Shown here piece by piece: positions 27,316 to 36,299 of a stretch of DNA of 64,000 nucleotides. Every line of letters begins with the position of its first letter. Positions within the stretch are counted from its first letter, which is position 1. The position numbers were made by a program, and so were the translations under genes. The notes under the pieces are model-generated. The model was not told where the DNA came from and made no database searches. It saw only the letters and a list, made by a program, of their open reading frames with translations. The DNA comes from an uncultured Rheinheimera sp. (GTDB taxonomy: Bacteria > Pseudomonadota > Gammaproteobacteria > Enterobacterales > Alteromonadaceae), in the NCBI GenBank assembly GCA_964525695.1, contig CAZGHW010000007.1, forward strand, positions 56,384-120,383, given 5' to 3'.

Positions 27316-27804
27316 TCAAGTTTCGTGCTTTTTTAAATTACGAATGTGAGCGAGATAATTTTTCATTTTTTCCCATTTAATTCCTGAAGGATAATCGTCT
27401 CCTGGTAATAACCCGTCATTATTTAATATATTGGGGTTAGCTCCTTTCGAAATTAAAAATTTAATCACCCCTAAGTATTCCGCTGCATGTAAAGGTGTTG
27501 AACCATTCCAATTTACATAGTTAACATCGGCACCATACGATACAAGTAATTTTATAAAGCTAAGTTTGCTATGACTATGCAGCGTTGATGTCTGCAAAAT
27601 ATCACTGCTAGTCTTGGCTCCGCACTTAAGGCACTCTTCGAGAATCCTAATATCATCGCAACTATACACGTATGGAGAAATACCTTTACACAGTTCATCA
27701 CCACGCCATCCTTGTTCAAGGTACACCATCGCTTCATCATATGTGTCACAATAATGCAGCGGGGTTGCTTCAATAGCTGAACCATAATAGTTTAATGGTT
27801 TCAT
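27316..27804 (-). CDS. Ankyrin-repeat protein, putative immunity protein for the upstream toxin tip
   Basis: 162 aa. Ankyrin consensus ...NGSTPLHAAEYLGVIKFLISKGANPNILNNDGLLPGD. Starts 10 nt after the toxin ORF stop. AT-rich codon usage. Confidence 0.7.
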   Translation of the reverse strand: MKPLNYYGSAIEATPLHYCDTYDEAMVYLEQGWRGDELCKGISPYVYSCDDIRILEECLKCGAKTSSDILQTSTLHSHSKLSFIKLLVSYGADVNYVNWNGSTPLHAAEYLGVIKFLISKGANPNILNNDGLLPGDDYPSGIKWEKMKNYLAHIRNLKKHET

Positions 27805-27813
27805 ATTTCGTCC

Positions 27814-28452
27814 TTAGCACTTCACTTCGCATGTTCCGTTTTTACTCACTTTAACAACGTCGGGAAAGTTTTTCTTTACCACATTCGCTTCTTGTGTTGT
27901 AAGTTTTTCTGGAACATACCCATGGTATTCATTACTTGGTGTTCCGTTATTCTTGAGAATAACAACTTCTTTATTGTTGACATCGACGCCTACACGAGCA
28001 TCGGTATTTTTTCCAAGCGGAACAGAATTATCTAGGGCAGTTTGACCATCAGTTGGTTTAGGGGAGATAACTTCACCCGAAGATTTTTTCGGTGAGTTGC
28101 CGTGCTTTTTATACCCAGAATCATTGTAAATTAACTTATCTGTAACATCGACATATCTCTGAGCCGCATTATTAATTGGTGAGCCTTTTTCTGTAACCGC
28201 AACAATTCCACGAGCAATTAGGTTGCCTGTGGCAATCCCGCTCTTGTCACCTTTATACTTTGCTTCACCCGTTGGGTCAGTGTACTTATAGGGATTATTT
28301 GCAACATACGAGTAGCGGTTAAATGTATCAGGCTCGCCCGTAAACCCAACCGGATCATTCGAGTAAAACCGAGCTATGATTGGGTCATAATACCGCTGCT
28401 GCATATAAATAAAACCCAGCGCAATATATCTACCCCATCGAAAGAACGGCAA
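27814..28452 (-). CDS. Orphan RHS/YD-repeat C-terminal tip: end of the RHS core plus an unclassified toxin domain of about 150 aa
   Basis: YMQQRYYDPIIARFYSNDPVGFTGEPDTFNRYSYVANNPYKYTDPTGE is the RHS-core terminal motif (RYYDP..GRF.S.DP....NP....DP.G). Only about 20 aa of core precede it and no YD-repeat shell gene is nearby. The region is AT-rich. Confidence 0.7.
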   Translation of the reverse strand: MPFFRWGRYIALGFIYMQQRYYDPIIARFYSNDPVGFTGEPDTFNRYSYVANNPYKYTDPTGEAKYKGDKSGIATGNLIARGIVAVTEKGSPINNAAQRYVDVTDKLIYNDSGYKKHGNSPKKSSGEVISPKPTDGQTALDNSVPLGKNTDARVGVDVNNKEVVILKNNGTPSNEYHGYVPEKLTTQEANVVKKNFPDVVKVSKNGTCEVKC

Positions 28453-28503
28453 ACCAAATCAAGGCTTTGCTATCGGCAGGCAAGCAGCAGGGATAGCGCC
28501 AGC

Positions 28504-28920
28504 TCAGCCGCGTCGTTGCAACTGCAACAATTGCATGGCAATTTCGTCGGCTTGTTGTTGTTCCTGCCGCTGTTGGCGTTGTTGTTGAATACTATCGCGT
28601 TTTGCCAGCACTGTGGCAATGCCTTTGCTGTAGGCGGCTTGTTTTTGGCAGACCTGCTGCTGTTGCAGTAGCTCAGCACTGGCAGCAGTGGTTTTTTGTT
28701 GCTGCTGTTGCTGCATCTGGCTCAGCACCCCTTTCATCGCCGCCAGATTTTGCAAACCCAGCGCCGATTTCATCATCGGCGGAGCTTCCAATAAGCCGAG
28801 GTGTTCCGTCAGCAACTGCAGGCGGCGCTGTTCCTGTTGGGTCTGTTGCTGCAGCTGTTGTTGGCGCTGGCTCATTTGCAGCAACCGATCTTGTTGTAAT
28901 TGCAGATACTGTTTTAACAT
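28504..28920 (-). CDS. fliJ: Flagellar export protein FliJ (lateral-type cluster)
   Basis: 139-aa Gln-rich coiled coil directly downstream of fliI. ATG 28920 follows GAGGAGG; the ORF-track start 28980 was rejected. Confidence 0.7.
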   Translation of the reverse strand: MLKQYLQLQQDRLLQMSQRQQQLQQQTQQEQRRLQLLTEHLGLLEAPPMMKSALGLQNLAAMKGVLSQMQQQQQQKTTAASAELLQQQQVCQKQAAYSKGIATVLAKRDSIQQQRQQRQEQQQADEIAMQLLQLQRRG

Positions 28921-28990
28921 CGCCCCTCCTCGCCTCTCCTCGCCTGGCCTCAGCTTGATAAACTGGGTTGCTGGCAGCAACAGTGCCGCA

Positions 28991-30313
28991 TTAGCTCAGC
29001 AGCCTTGCCAATTCCTGTTGTGAGCTCTCAACACCAAAAGATTGCTGCAAGCCCTGACATAAAAACTGCTCTATGGCTGGATACAGCCGGACGGCTTTGT
29101 CCAGTTCAGCATCTTTGCCGACCTGATAAGCACCAAGCGGGATCAGCTCCTGCACCTGTAAATACCTGCTGTATAACCGTTTTAACAAATAAGCTTGCCG
29201 CAGTTGACTGTCGGGCACTATCTGCGGCATCACCCGGCTAATGGACGCACCGACATCAATGGCCGGATAATGACCTTTTTCTGCCAGTTGCCGGCTTAGA
29301 ACGATATGACCGTCCAGAATGGCGCGGGCGGCATCCGCAATCGGATCCTGCTGATCATCCCCTTCTGCCAGCACCGTATAAATGGCGGTCATGGTGCCAG
29401 TGCTATCGGCGCTATTACCGGCTTTTTCCACCAGTTGCGTCAGTTTGCTAAAGACCGACGGCGGATAGCCCTTGGTCGCTGGCGGTTCACCTACAGATAA
29501 AGCAATTTCACGCTGCGCCTGGGCATAACGGGTTAAAGAATCCATCAGCAGCAATACATTCAAACCCAAGTCACGATAATAAGCGGCCAGCCGATGACTA
29601 AGCTCGGCAGCGCGTAACCTCAGCAACGGCGATTGATCGGCAGGCGCCGCTATCACTATGGCTTTTTGCAGTCCGGCCGGGCCCAGGCTGTGTTCGATAA
29701 AATCTTTCACTTCCCAGCCGCGCTCGCCAATTAATGCCACTATCACCACATCGGCCTGGGTAAAGCGGGTCATCATGCCGAGCAATTTACTTTTGCCCAC
29801 CCCGGAGCCAGCAAACAGGCCCAGTCGCTGACCACGGCCAACGGTAAACAGGCTGTTGACGGCGCGAATGCCGACATCAAGCGGCTCCGACACGACTTTT
29901 TTTTGTAAGGGATTCACCGCCGCCAAGCCAGCACTGATCCAATCGCCTGATGTCAGCGGCGGCAAACTATCCAGCGGCTGCATCAGCCCATCCAGTACCC
30001 TGCCCTGTAAAGCGCGGGACACCAATAACTGACTGGCCTGCGGCGCGGCCCGCACTCTGGCACCGGCCTTTAAACCGGCCACCTGACACAGCGGCATTAA
30101 AAAAGCCTGCGCCGGTTCAAAGCCAACCACTTCAGTGTCAAACCACTGGCCCGCCTCGCCTTCCACCTGATAACGCTGGCCCAGCGTAAAATCACAACCG
30201 GCAGCAGTTAAAATCATGCCGCTGACCCTAAGCAAACGACCATAACGCCAGAAGCTTTCAACAGGGACAGCTTGTTGCCTGGCGGCAGCTAAACGAGCGC
30301 TAAAATTAGTCAT
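28991..30313 (-). CDS. fliI: Flagellum-specific ATPase FliI
   Basis: 440 aa. Walker A GSGVGKSKLLGMM, Walker B VLLLMDSLTR. T3SS/F1 ATPase layout. Confidence 0.95.
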   Translation of the reverse strand: MTNFSARLAAARQQAVPVESFWRYGRLLRVSGMILTAAGCDFTLGQRYQVEGEAGQWFDTEVVGFEPAQAFLMPLCQVAGLKAGARVRAAPQASQLLVSRALQGRVLDGLMQPLDSLPPLTSGDWISAGLAAVNPLQKKVVSEPLDVGIRAVNSLFTVGRGQRLGLFAGSGVGKSKLLGMMTRFTQADVVIVALIGERGWEVKDFIEHSLGPAGLQKAIVIAAPADQSPLLRLRAAELSHRLAAYYRDLGLNVLLLMDSLTRYAQAQREIALSVGEPPATKGYPPSVFSKLTQLVEKAGNSADSTGTMTAIYTVLAEGDDQQDPIADAARAILDGHIVLSRQLAEKGHYPAIDVGASISRVMPQIVPDSQLRQAYLLKRLYSRYLQVQELIPLGAYQVGKDAELDKAVRLYPAIEQFLCQGLQQSFGVESSQQELARLLS

Positions 30314-30959
30314 CCGTTGCGGTCGCTACAGCAGGGCACAGCTGTTGACGCAGCGGTTGCAGCGCCTGTTGCAGTCGTTGGGGGAAATCCAACTGATACA
30401 GCTGCTGTTGACCATTCAGCTGCACCACACCGGCAGGCAAATGGGCATCGGTCAGCAGCGGGATTTGCTCAAGCTGGCTGATCCCGGCAAACAGCGCGGC
30501 ATCTTGCGCCGAAACAGTAATAGATTGCAGCGTATCGGTCCGCGCCAGCTCTGGCACTAACGCCGCCACCGCCTGTTGCAACAGTGTCGGTTGCAGCTGT
30601 AGTTCAGCCGCCAGCACAGTTGTTGCCAGTTGTTCCACCAGCAGATAAATTTCTTGCGCCAGTTGCGCATCCCGCCATTGCAGTTGCTGGTTAAACTGCG
30701 ACGTTAACAGCGTTAGGGCTTGCGCTTGCCGGGTGGCGGCCTGCTCAGCCGCGAGCTGCAACTGCTGCGCCATTAAGGCTTCAGCCGCTTGCTGCCCGGC
30801 CTGCAAACCTAGTTCATAAGCCTGCTGCTGAGCTTTGGCAATCCCCGCCAGATAACCCTGCTGATAGAAATGTTCATTCGGTTGCTGCACTTCAGCCTGA
30901 CCATGCTGGCGCTGCAGCAGCGGAAAACGAAAACTCAGATCAACGGCACTCTGTTGCAT
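30306..30959 (-). CDS. fliH: Flagellar assembly protein FliH
   Basis: 217 aa, Gln/Ala-rich coiled coil plus a C-terminal domain. Located between fliG and fliI, with an 8-nt overlap with fliI. Confidence 0.65.
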   Translation of the reverse strand: MQQSAVDLSFRFPLLQRQHGQAEVQQPNEHFYQQGYLAGIAKAQQQAYELGLQAGQQAAEALMAQQLQLAAEQAATRQAQALTLLTSQFNQQLQWRDAQLAQEIYLLVEQLATTVLAAELQLQPTLLQQAVAALVPELARTDTLQSITVSAQDAALFAGISQLEQIPLLTDAHLPAGVVQLNGQQQLYQLDFPQRLQQALQPLRQQLCPAVATATDD

Positions 30960-30960
30960 G

Positions 30961-31980
30961 TTAACCTACCGTTTCTTCCGGATATAACCGGTATTCATTC
31001 CAACCGCTGGCGATCATTTTTTTCACCATTGCCATAATTTGTGCCCGCGCCGCTTCCACTTTACGCACCGGTTGCGGTTTCATGCTGTCAATTTGCTGCC
31101 GGTACACCTGGGCTAACCGCTTGGGCAATACGCCCAGTAAGTTGTCGGTTAATTGCTGATCGGCGCCTTTGAGCGCAGTGACCCAAAGTTCATCCGGAAT
31201 ATCGGTCAGTAACTTGCTCAGCACTTCCTCGCTTTGCTGGCTTAAACTGAAGAAGTCATACATTTTGTCTTCAATGGCTTCTGCCATCTGGGTATCATGC
31301 ATTTTTAACAGCTCCATCACTTCCGCTTTATTGCCGCTGTATCTGTTCATAATGTCGGCCACTTGTTGCACGCCGTTGACCCGGGCGCCAACCTGCTCAC
31401 CGACATACTCAATACAACGCTCCAGCGTAAAACGCAGATCTTCAATCACATGCTCACTGACTTCGCGCATATTAGCTATTCGGAACAGAATTTCATCATG
31501 CTTTTGCGCCGGGAATAACGTCAGCACAGCACTGGCCTGATCGGCGGGCAAAAATGCCAGGATCAGCGCCTGCATCTGAATATGTTCCTGCTCCATAAAA
31601 CGCACCAATAACTCAGCCGGCACCCATTCTAGTCGCCGGATATCGTCGGCTAAGGCGCCACCATAAATGTCATCGAGCATACCGCGCGCCAGCTTGCGAC
31701 CAACGGCTTTGTCCAGCGCCCGCTCCAGATAAAGCCTGGACGCGCCACTGACCCCACTTTCGTTGCGGTAACAGTCAAAAAAATCATTCAAAATTTGCGC
31801 GACATGGTCCTGGCTAAAATTGGCAATCTTCGCCATCCGCTCCGACAAAGCCCGCACTTCATTACGACTGAGTTTTTTGATAATACCGGCGGCATTTTCC
31901 TCGCCCATACTCAGCAATAAAATAGCAGCCCGATCTAAGTCAGAAATCTGTTTCGGCGTATCAGCTCTTAACGGATTCAA
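30961..31980 (-). CDS. fliG: Flagellar motor switch protein FliG
   Basis: 339 aa. EHIQ (EHPQ-motif variant) and a charged C-terminal torque-helix region. Located between fliF and fliH. Confidence 0.9.
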   Translation of the reverse strand: MNPLRADTPKQISDLDRAAILLLSMGEENAAGIIKKLSRNEVRALSERMAKIANFSQDHVAQILNDFFDCYRNESGVSGASRLYLERALDKAVGRKLARGMLDDIYGGALADDIRRLEWVPAELLVRFMEQEHIQMQALILAFLPADQASAVLTLFPAQKHDEILFRIANMREVSEHVIEDLRFTLERCIEYVGEQVGARVNGVQQVADIMNRYSGNKAEVMELLKMHDTQMAEAIEDKMYDFFSLSQQSEEVLSKLLTDIPDELWVTALKGADQQLTDNLLGVLPKRLAQVYRQQIDSMKPQPVRKVEAARAQIMAMVKKMIASGWNEYRLYPEETVG

Positions 31981-33742
31981 TGGACACTCCTCGTTCGATC
32001 CAGAATTTAATTACCGCCGTCACCCGGTCAGACTCACGGTTGGCGAGTAAATGTAAATGATTGATTTGTTCAGCAAATTCAGAGCCAACCTGGGGTAAAT
32101 CCAGCGCCGGTTGCAAGCCTGCCTGATTTGCACTCTGGCTTGTTGCCGCCGTTGTGGCGACACTGCCATCGAGCAGCGCTGGCGCGGCACCTGCCAGCGC
32201 CTGACGCTCTGCCGTTGACGAACTCAGATGGTCAGCTGTGTTGGTGTCAAAGCGACGGCTTGGGTTTAACTCTTTGTTTTTGCGGCTCACCAGATGGTTC
32301 ACCAGCGGCCGTACCCCAAAAATCACCAAAGACAGGCCAATCAAGGCGCCAATCAAATAACGGGAATATTCTTTCACTTCCGGCAACCGCCACCAGGCCA
32401 TGCCTTCCAGCTCAGCGGCGGCATCAGGCCGGACAAAAGCAAAACTACTGATATGGAATTGATCGCCGCGCTCGGCCTGAAAACCGGTGGCGGTTTTTAC
32501 CATCTCGCCCAGTTTCGCCAGTTGCTCTGGTGTCCAGCTTTTCACTGTGCTGCTGCCATCTGCCGCAATCACTTCAACTTCATTGATCAGCACCGACACA
32601 CTCTGACTGCGAATACGGCCAATTTCATAGCGGGTATGGGTGACGGCTTTACCGGTGGCAAACTGCCGGTTCATTTCATTGCGCTGTGAAGTACGCTGAT
32701 TTTCATCAAGCGGCTGCGCTGGCGCGCCCTGCTGCTGTTGCACTGGAGGCTGATTAGCCAAGGAGCCCGGAATGCCCATCGCCAGTTGATCTGACATGGC
32801 ATCGGTTTTACTGGTTTCGCGCGTTAGCACCCCTTCTTTATCCAGCGCTTCGCGGGTTTCTTCCACCACATTAAAATCAACATCGGCCGACACCTGAATG
32901 CGATAATTGCCATCGCCAACAATCGGCAGCAACATAATGGCGGCGCGCTCTTCAATGTTGCGCTGTAGCTTGTCAATAAAAGCGAGTTTTTTATCAGTTT
33001 CTTTACCGACAGGGGTGGCATCAAACAAATCACCACTGACCAGCTTGCCACGTTGATCCACCACTGAGACCTGCCGGCTGTCCAGCCCCGGAATACTGCC
33101 CGCCACTAAGCTGACAATAGCCTCGACCTGCTCAGGTTTAAGCTGATAACCAGGGGCTAAATCCACCATCACCGAGGCGGCGGATTTCTCTTCCTGCCGA
33201 CCGACAAATAAATTGCGTTTGGGGATGGCCAGATGGACCCGGGCATTGCGCACGCCATCCATGGTGATGATAGTGCGGGCTAATTCGCCCTCCAGCGCAT
33301 GCTGATACTGCATTGACTCCATAAACTGACTGGTGCCCATGCTGACTTTGCCTTGCATCGCCGCTAAGCCTTCAGGCATCGCCGCTTTAATACCCCGGGC
33401 TGCCAGTGTGATGCGGGCATCCGCCAGTCTATCTTGTGGCACCATAATATTGCCGCTGTCGGTATCAATCCGAAACGGAAACTGCTCTTTGTCCAGCACC
33501 TCAACAATACCGGCTTTGTCATAATGTTCCTGACTGCCATACAAGGGCACATAGTTTTTGGCCGAGGTCCACAAAATCACCACTATAGTGGCCGCCACCA
33601 GCGTTGCCAGCAGCGCAATCGAGGCCAGGCTTTTATCTCCTTGTGGCAAGAAATTGATTTTATTTGACATATTGATTACGCGTTCACGAATGCGCTGATC
33701 GGCCGTCACGGGCACTGCTTTAGCAAGTTCTGTTTTCATCAC
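31961..33742 (-). CDS. fliF: Flagellar MS-ring protein FliF
   Basis: 593 aa. Two TM segments flank a large periplasmic ring-building domain. Overlaps fliG by 20 nt. Confidence 0.9.
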   Translation of the reverse strand: MMKTELAKAVPVTADQRIRERVINMSNKINFLPQGDKSLASIALLATLVAATIVVILWTSAKNYVPLYGSQEHYDKAGIVEVLDKEQFPFRIDTDSGNIMVPQDRLADARITLAARGIKAAMPEGLAAMQGKVSMGTSQFMESMQYQHALEGELARTIITMDGVRNARVHLAIPKRNLFVGRQEEKSAASVMVDLAPGYQLKPEQVEAIVSLVAGSIPGLDSRQVSVVDQRGKLVSGDLFDATPVGKETDKKLAFIDKLQRNIEERAAIMLLPIVGDGNYRIQVSADVDFNVVEETREALDKEGVLTRETSKTDAMSDQLAMGIPGSLANQPPVQQQQGAPAQPLDENQRTSQRNEMNRQFATGKAVTHTRYEIGRIRSQSVSVLINEVEVIAADGSSTVKSWTPEQLAKLGEMVKTATGFQAERGDQFHISSFAFVRPDAAAELEGMAWWRLPEVKEYSRYLIGALIGLSLVIFGVRPLVNHLVSRKNKELNPSRRFDTNTADHLSSSTAERQALAGAAPALLDGSVATTAATSQSANQAGLQPALDLPQVGSEFAEQINHLHLLANRESDRVTAVIKFWIERGVSIESVKS

Positions 33743-33748
33743 TCAGCC

Positions 33749-34090
33749 TTATAACGACATACGCATGATGTCATCGACACCATTCATCACTTTGTTGCGA
33801 ATTTGCAGCAACATGGAAAAACTCAAATCAGCTTTTTGGCTGGCGACCATAGCGCCAACCACGTCATCACTGCGGCCAGCATCGACGGCTGCCATCAGGT
33901 TGGCTGCCACATTCTGCTCCTGATTCACCGCTCTGATCACCTGGCTAAAATCAGTGGCAACGCCACTGTCCTGCGGCGCCGGATCCAGGCTCAGTGACTC
34001 ATTGCTGGCGATCTGCTGCAATCTGGAAAATTCGGTCAATAAAGATTGCTGGGTCAGACCCGGGGTAGAAATAGTAGTGATTGGCGTCAT
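33749..34090 (-). CDS. fliE: Flagellar hook-basal body protein FliE
   Basis: 113 aa. C-terminal ...ASQKADLSFSMLLQIRNKVMNGVDDIMRMSL is typical of FliE. Confidence 0.85.
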   Translation of the reverse strand: MTPITTISTPGLTQQSLLTEFSRLQQIASNESLSLDPAPQDSGVATDFSQVIRAVNQEQNVAANLMAAVDAGRSDDVVGAMVASQKADLSFSMLLQIRNKVMNGVDDIMRMSL

Positions 34091-34111
34091 GGTCGGATTT
34101 CCTTAACAGAC

Positions 34112-35422
34112 TCAGGCAACTGCATCAATATCAACGCCATGCTCACGCATAGCAGCCAGTTTGTAACGCAGCGCCCGGGTGCTGACCCCAAGCGCTTGCG
34201 CCGCCTTGGTGCGATGGCCATTAAATTGGTTCAGCACACCCAGGATATAATCAAATTCGGCAGTTTTTTTGTTGTGTTTCAGTGCATGAACCGGCACGGC
34301 TGTCGCAGCCTGCACCGCGACAGGTAAGTTTAAATCAACCGCCTGCACTTCCATGCCACGCGCCATCACCAGCGCGCGTTGCACCACGTTTTCCAGCTCA
34401 CGGACATTACCCGGCCAACTATATTGCGTCAGCATCTGCCGGGCTTCTGCACTGAGTAAAAACTTACCTGCACCATACTTTTGTAAAAAAAACTCAGCCA
34501 GCGGCAAAATATCGTCCCGGCGTTCCCGCAAGGCCGGCCAGCTGAGTGGCAGCACATCAAGTCGGTAAAATAGGTCCTGCCGGAACTGGCCTTTGTCGAC
34601 CAACTGGCGTAAATCTTTGTTACTGGCAGCAATAATCCGCACATCAAGTTTAATTTTGCAGTGACTGCCCAGCCGCTCCACCTCGCGTTCCTGCAGTACC
34701 CGCAATAATTTGGCCTGTAAGGCATAAGGCAACTCAGAAATCTCATCGAGCAATAAGGTGCCACCATTGGCAGCTTCAAATTTTCCGATTTGCTGGCTGA
34801 CTGCGCCGGTAAAAGCGCCTTTGTTGTAGCCAAATAAGATGGCTTCCAGCATATTTTCCGGAATGGCTGCACAGTTCACCGCCACATAAGGCTGTTCACG
34901 TCGGCTGGACACATTATGAATATACCGCGCCAACCGTTCTTTGCCGGTACCGGACTCACCATGCAACAATACAGTGGCATCGGTCTGAGCGGCGCGGTTG
35001 GCCAGTTGCAGGACCTGGCGGCTACCGATAGAGACTGCTACCAGATCTTTTAAGCCATAGCTGACCGAAGCGGCATTGCGGATCACATGCTGTAACTGCA
35101 GGCTATTAAAAGGCTGCAACAGATAATCAATGGCACCATACTGCAAGCTTTGTGCGGCCAACTGGTGTTGGTCTTTGGCGACTAACACAATGATCTGACA
35201 AGATGGATGGCGTTTTTTTAATAAGGTCATCAACTCCGTCATCCCAATCTCCGGCAATGGCGCCGCCAGCACCACGATGGCCGGTTCAGCCGCACTGCAA
35301 CAATTGAGCAAAGCGGTCAGATCGGCAGCATGTTGCAGCTGAAAACCTTCAGCTTTGACACAATGCAGCACTTGCGGCGCAGGTTTGCATTGTTCAATCC
35401 AAAGTAAATCTTTCATATTCAT
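34112..35422 (-). CDS. lafK: Sigma-54-dependent activator with a degenerate receiver domain (LafK/FleQ-type)
   Basis: 436 aa. AAA+ domain with Walker A GESGTGKE and the GAFTGA loop, plus a C-terminal Fis-type HTH. The receiver-like N-terminus lacks the acidic pocket, phospho-Asp and Lys (IEQ.., VVLAAPLP, LLQPF). Confidence 0.85.
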   Translation of the reverse strand: MNMKDLLWIEQCKPAPQVLHCVKAEGFQLQHAADLTALLNCCSAAEPAIVVLAAPLPEIGMTELMTLLKKRHPSCQIIVLVAKDQHQLAAQSLQYGAIDYLLQPFNSLQLQHVIRNAASVSYGLKDLVAVSIGSRQVLQLANRAAQTDATVLLHGESGTGKERLARYIHNVSSRREQPYVAVNCAAIPENMLEAILFGYNKGAFTGAVSQQIGKFEAANGGTLLLDEISELPYALQAKLLRVLQEREVERLGSHCKIKLDVRIIAASNKDLRQLVDKGQFRQDLFYRLDVLPLSWPALRERRDDILPLAEFFLQKYGAGKFLLSAEARQMLTQYSWPGNVRELENVVQRALVMARGMEVQAVDLNLPVAVQAATAVPVHALKHNKKTAEFDYILGVLNQFNGHRTKAAQALGVSTRALRYKLAAMREHGVDIDAVA

Positions 35423-35435
35423 CTGCTCTCTATGG

Positions 35436-36299
35436 TTAAGCCGGAGTCCGGATCAAACGGATCACAACCCGCCGATTAGATTTGGTTGCTGGTAAAGGCT
35501 GGACCTGTGGGTATCTGTTGCCATGGGCGCGGATTTCAATTTTTGCCTTGGGTACGCCAAGCTCAATCAGCCGGGAGGCAATATCATCCGCCCTTTGTTC
35601 CGATAACAGCCGATTCGCTAAGCTGCTGGCAGCATCATCACTGTGGCCGTCGAGCAGAATTTTGCGGATCTTGCGGTCTTGTTTGATATAACTGGCTAAC
35701 TGACTGAGCCAGGCCAGCGCATGGCTATCAGGTAAGGTTGCCCCTTTGGCAAACAAAATTTCAGCATCCCGCGCCTGCTCCCAGCGCATCGGTAGCAACT
35801 TGCTGATACAGAGCTGAAACTGTTGCATGGCCTGCTCAAACTGCAGATTAGGCACTTGCAGTTGTAAGGTCTGACCCGGCATATCCAGCGTCAGCTGCAA
35901 CCAAAAGCCTTGCTGTAATTGCTGCAGCAACACGGGCACCTGCGCGTCAAAGCTGGCATGTTTGGGATAAATCTCAGAGGGTGAAAAGCGCAGCGCCGGC
36001 GCTAAGGTATCAGGTTGCCAGCCGGCAGCCACCACCTGGCCTTGCACATCCTGTAACTCCAGATGAGCGGCATCCAGCTGTAATAACAGCTGAATTTGGC
36101 CACCAGGCTGTTGCTGAAAATTTAAGGTCGCAATATTCCCCAGCGACTGGGACATCCGACAGCGGAACTGATCACCGCTGATCTGCCATTGTGCCTGATC
36201 AACAGCTGGCAGATAGTGCTGATCAACGGCGCTGATTGCCGGCGTCAGCCAAAGATGTAACAGGAGCTCAACCACGTTTATGTATCCTTTTAACCACAT
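35436..36299 (-). CDS. motY: MotY-like stator-associated protein with an OmpA-C peptidoglycan-binding domain
   Basis: C-terminal OmpA-like motif LDGHSDDAAS...NRLLSEQRADDIASRL...NRRVVIRLIR. Likely start M at 36299 (MWLKGYINVVELLLHLWLTPAISA signal). Its position just upstream of lafK matches V. parahaemolyticus motY(L). Confidence 0.6.
   Translation of the reverse strand: MWLKGYINVVELLLHLWLTPAISAVDQHYLPAVDQAQWQISGDQFRCRMSQSLGNIATLNFQQQPGGQIQLLLQLDAAHLELQDVQGQVVAAGWQPDTLAPALRFSPSEIYPKHASFDAQVPVLLQQLQQGFWLQLTLDMPGQTLQLQVPNLQFEQAMQQFQLCISKLLPMRWEQARDAEILFAKGATLPDSHALAWLSQLASYIKQDRKIRKILLDGHSDDAASSLANRLLSEQRADDIASRLIELGVPKAKIEIRAHGNRYPQVQPLPATKSNRRVVIRLIRTPA

Noticed and set aside
28602-29023. Long antisense ORFs (28602-28958 +, 28688-29023 +) opposite fliJ. 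Similar ones lie opposite fliK, fliA and flhA (for example 46938-47423, 47054-47503, 45539-45979, 38596-38901).
   Set aside because: They mirror CAG/CTG-rich (Gln-rich) coding sequence and give low-complexity Ala/Cys/Ser-rich products. They have no ribosome-binding sites and fully overlap genes with strong family signatures.
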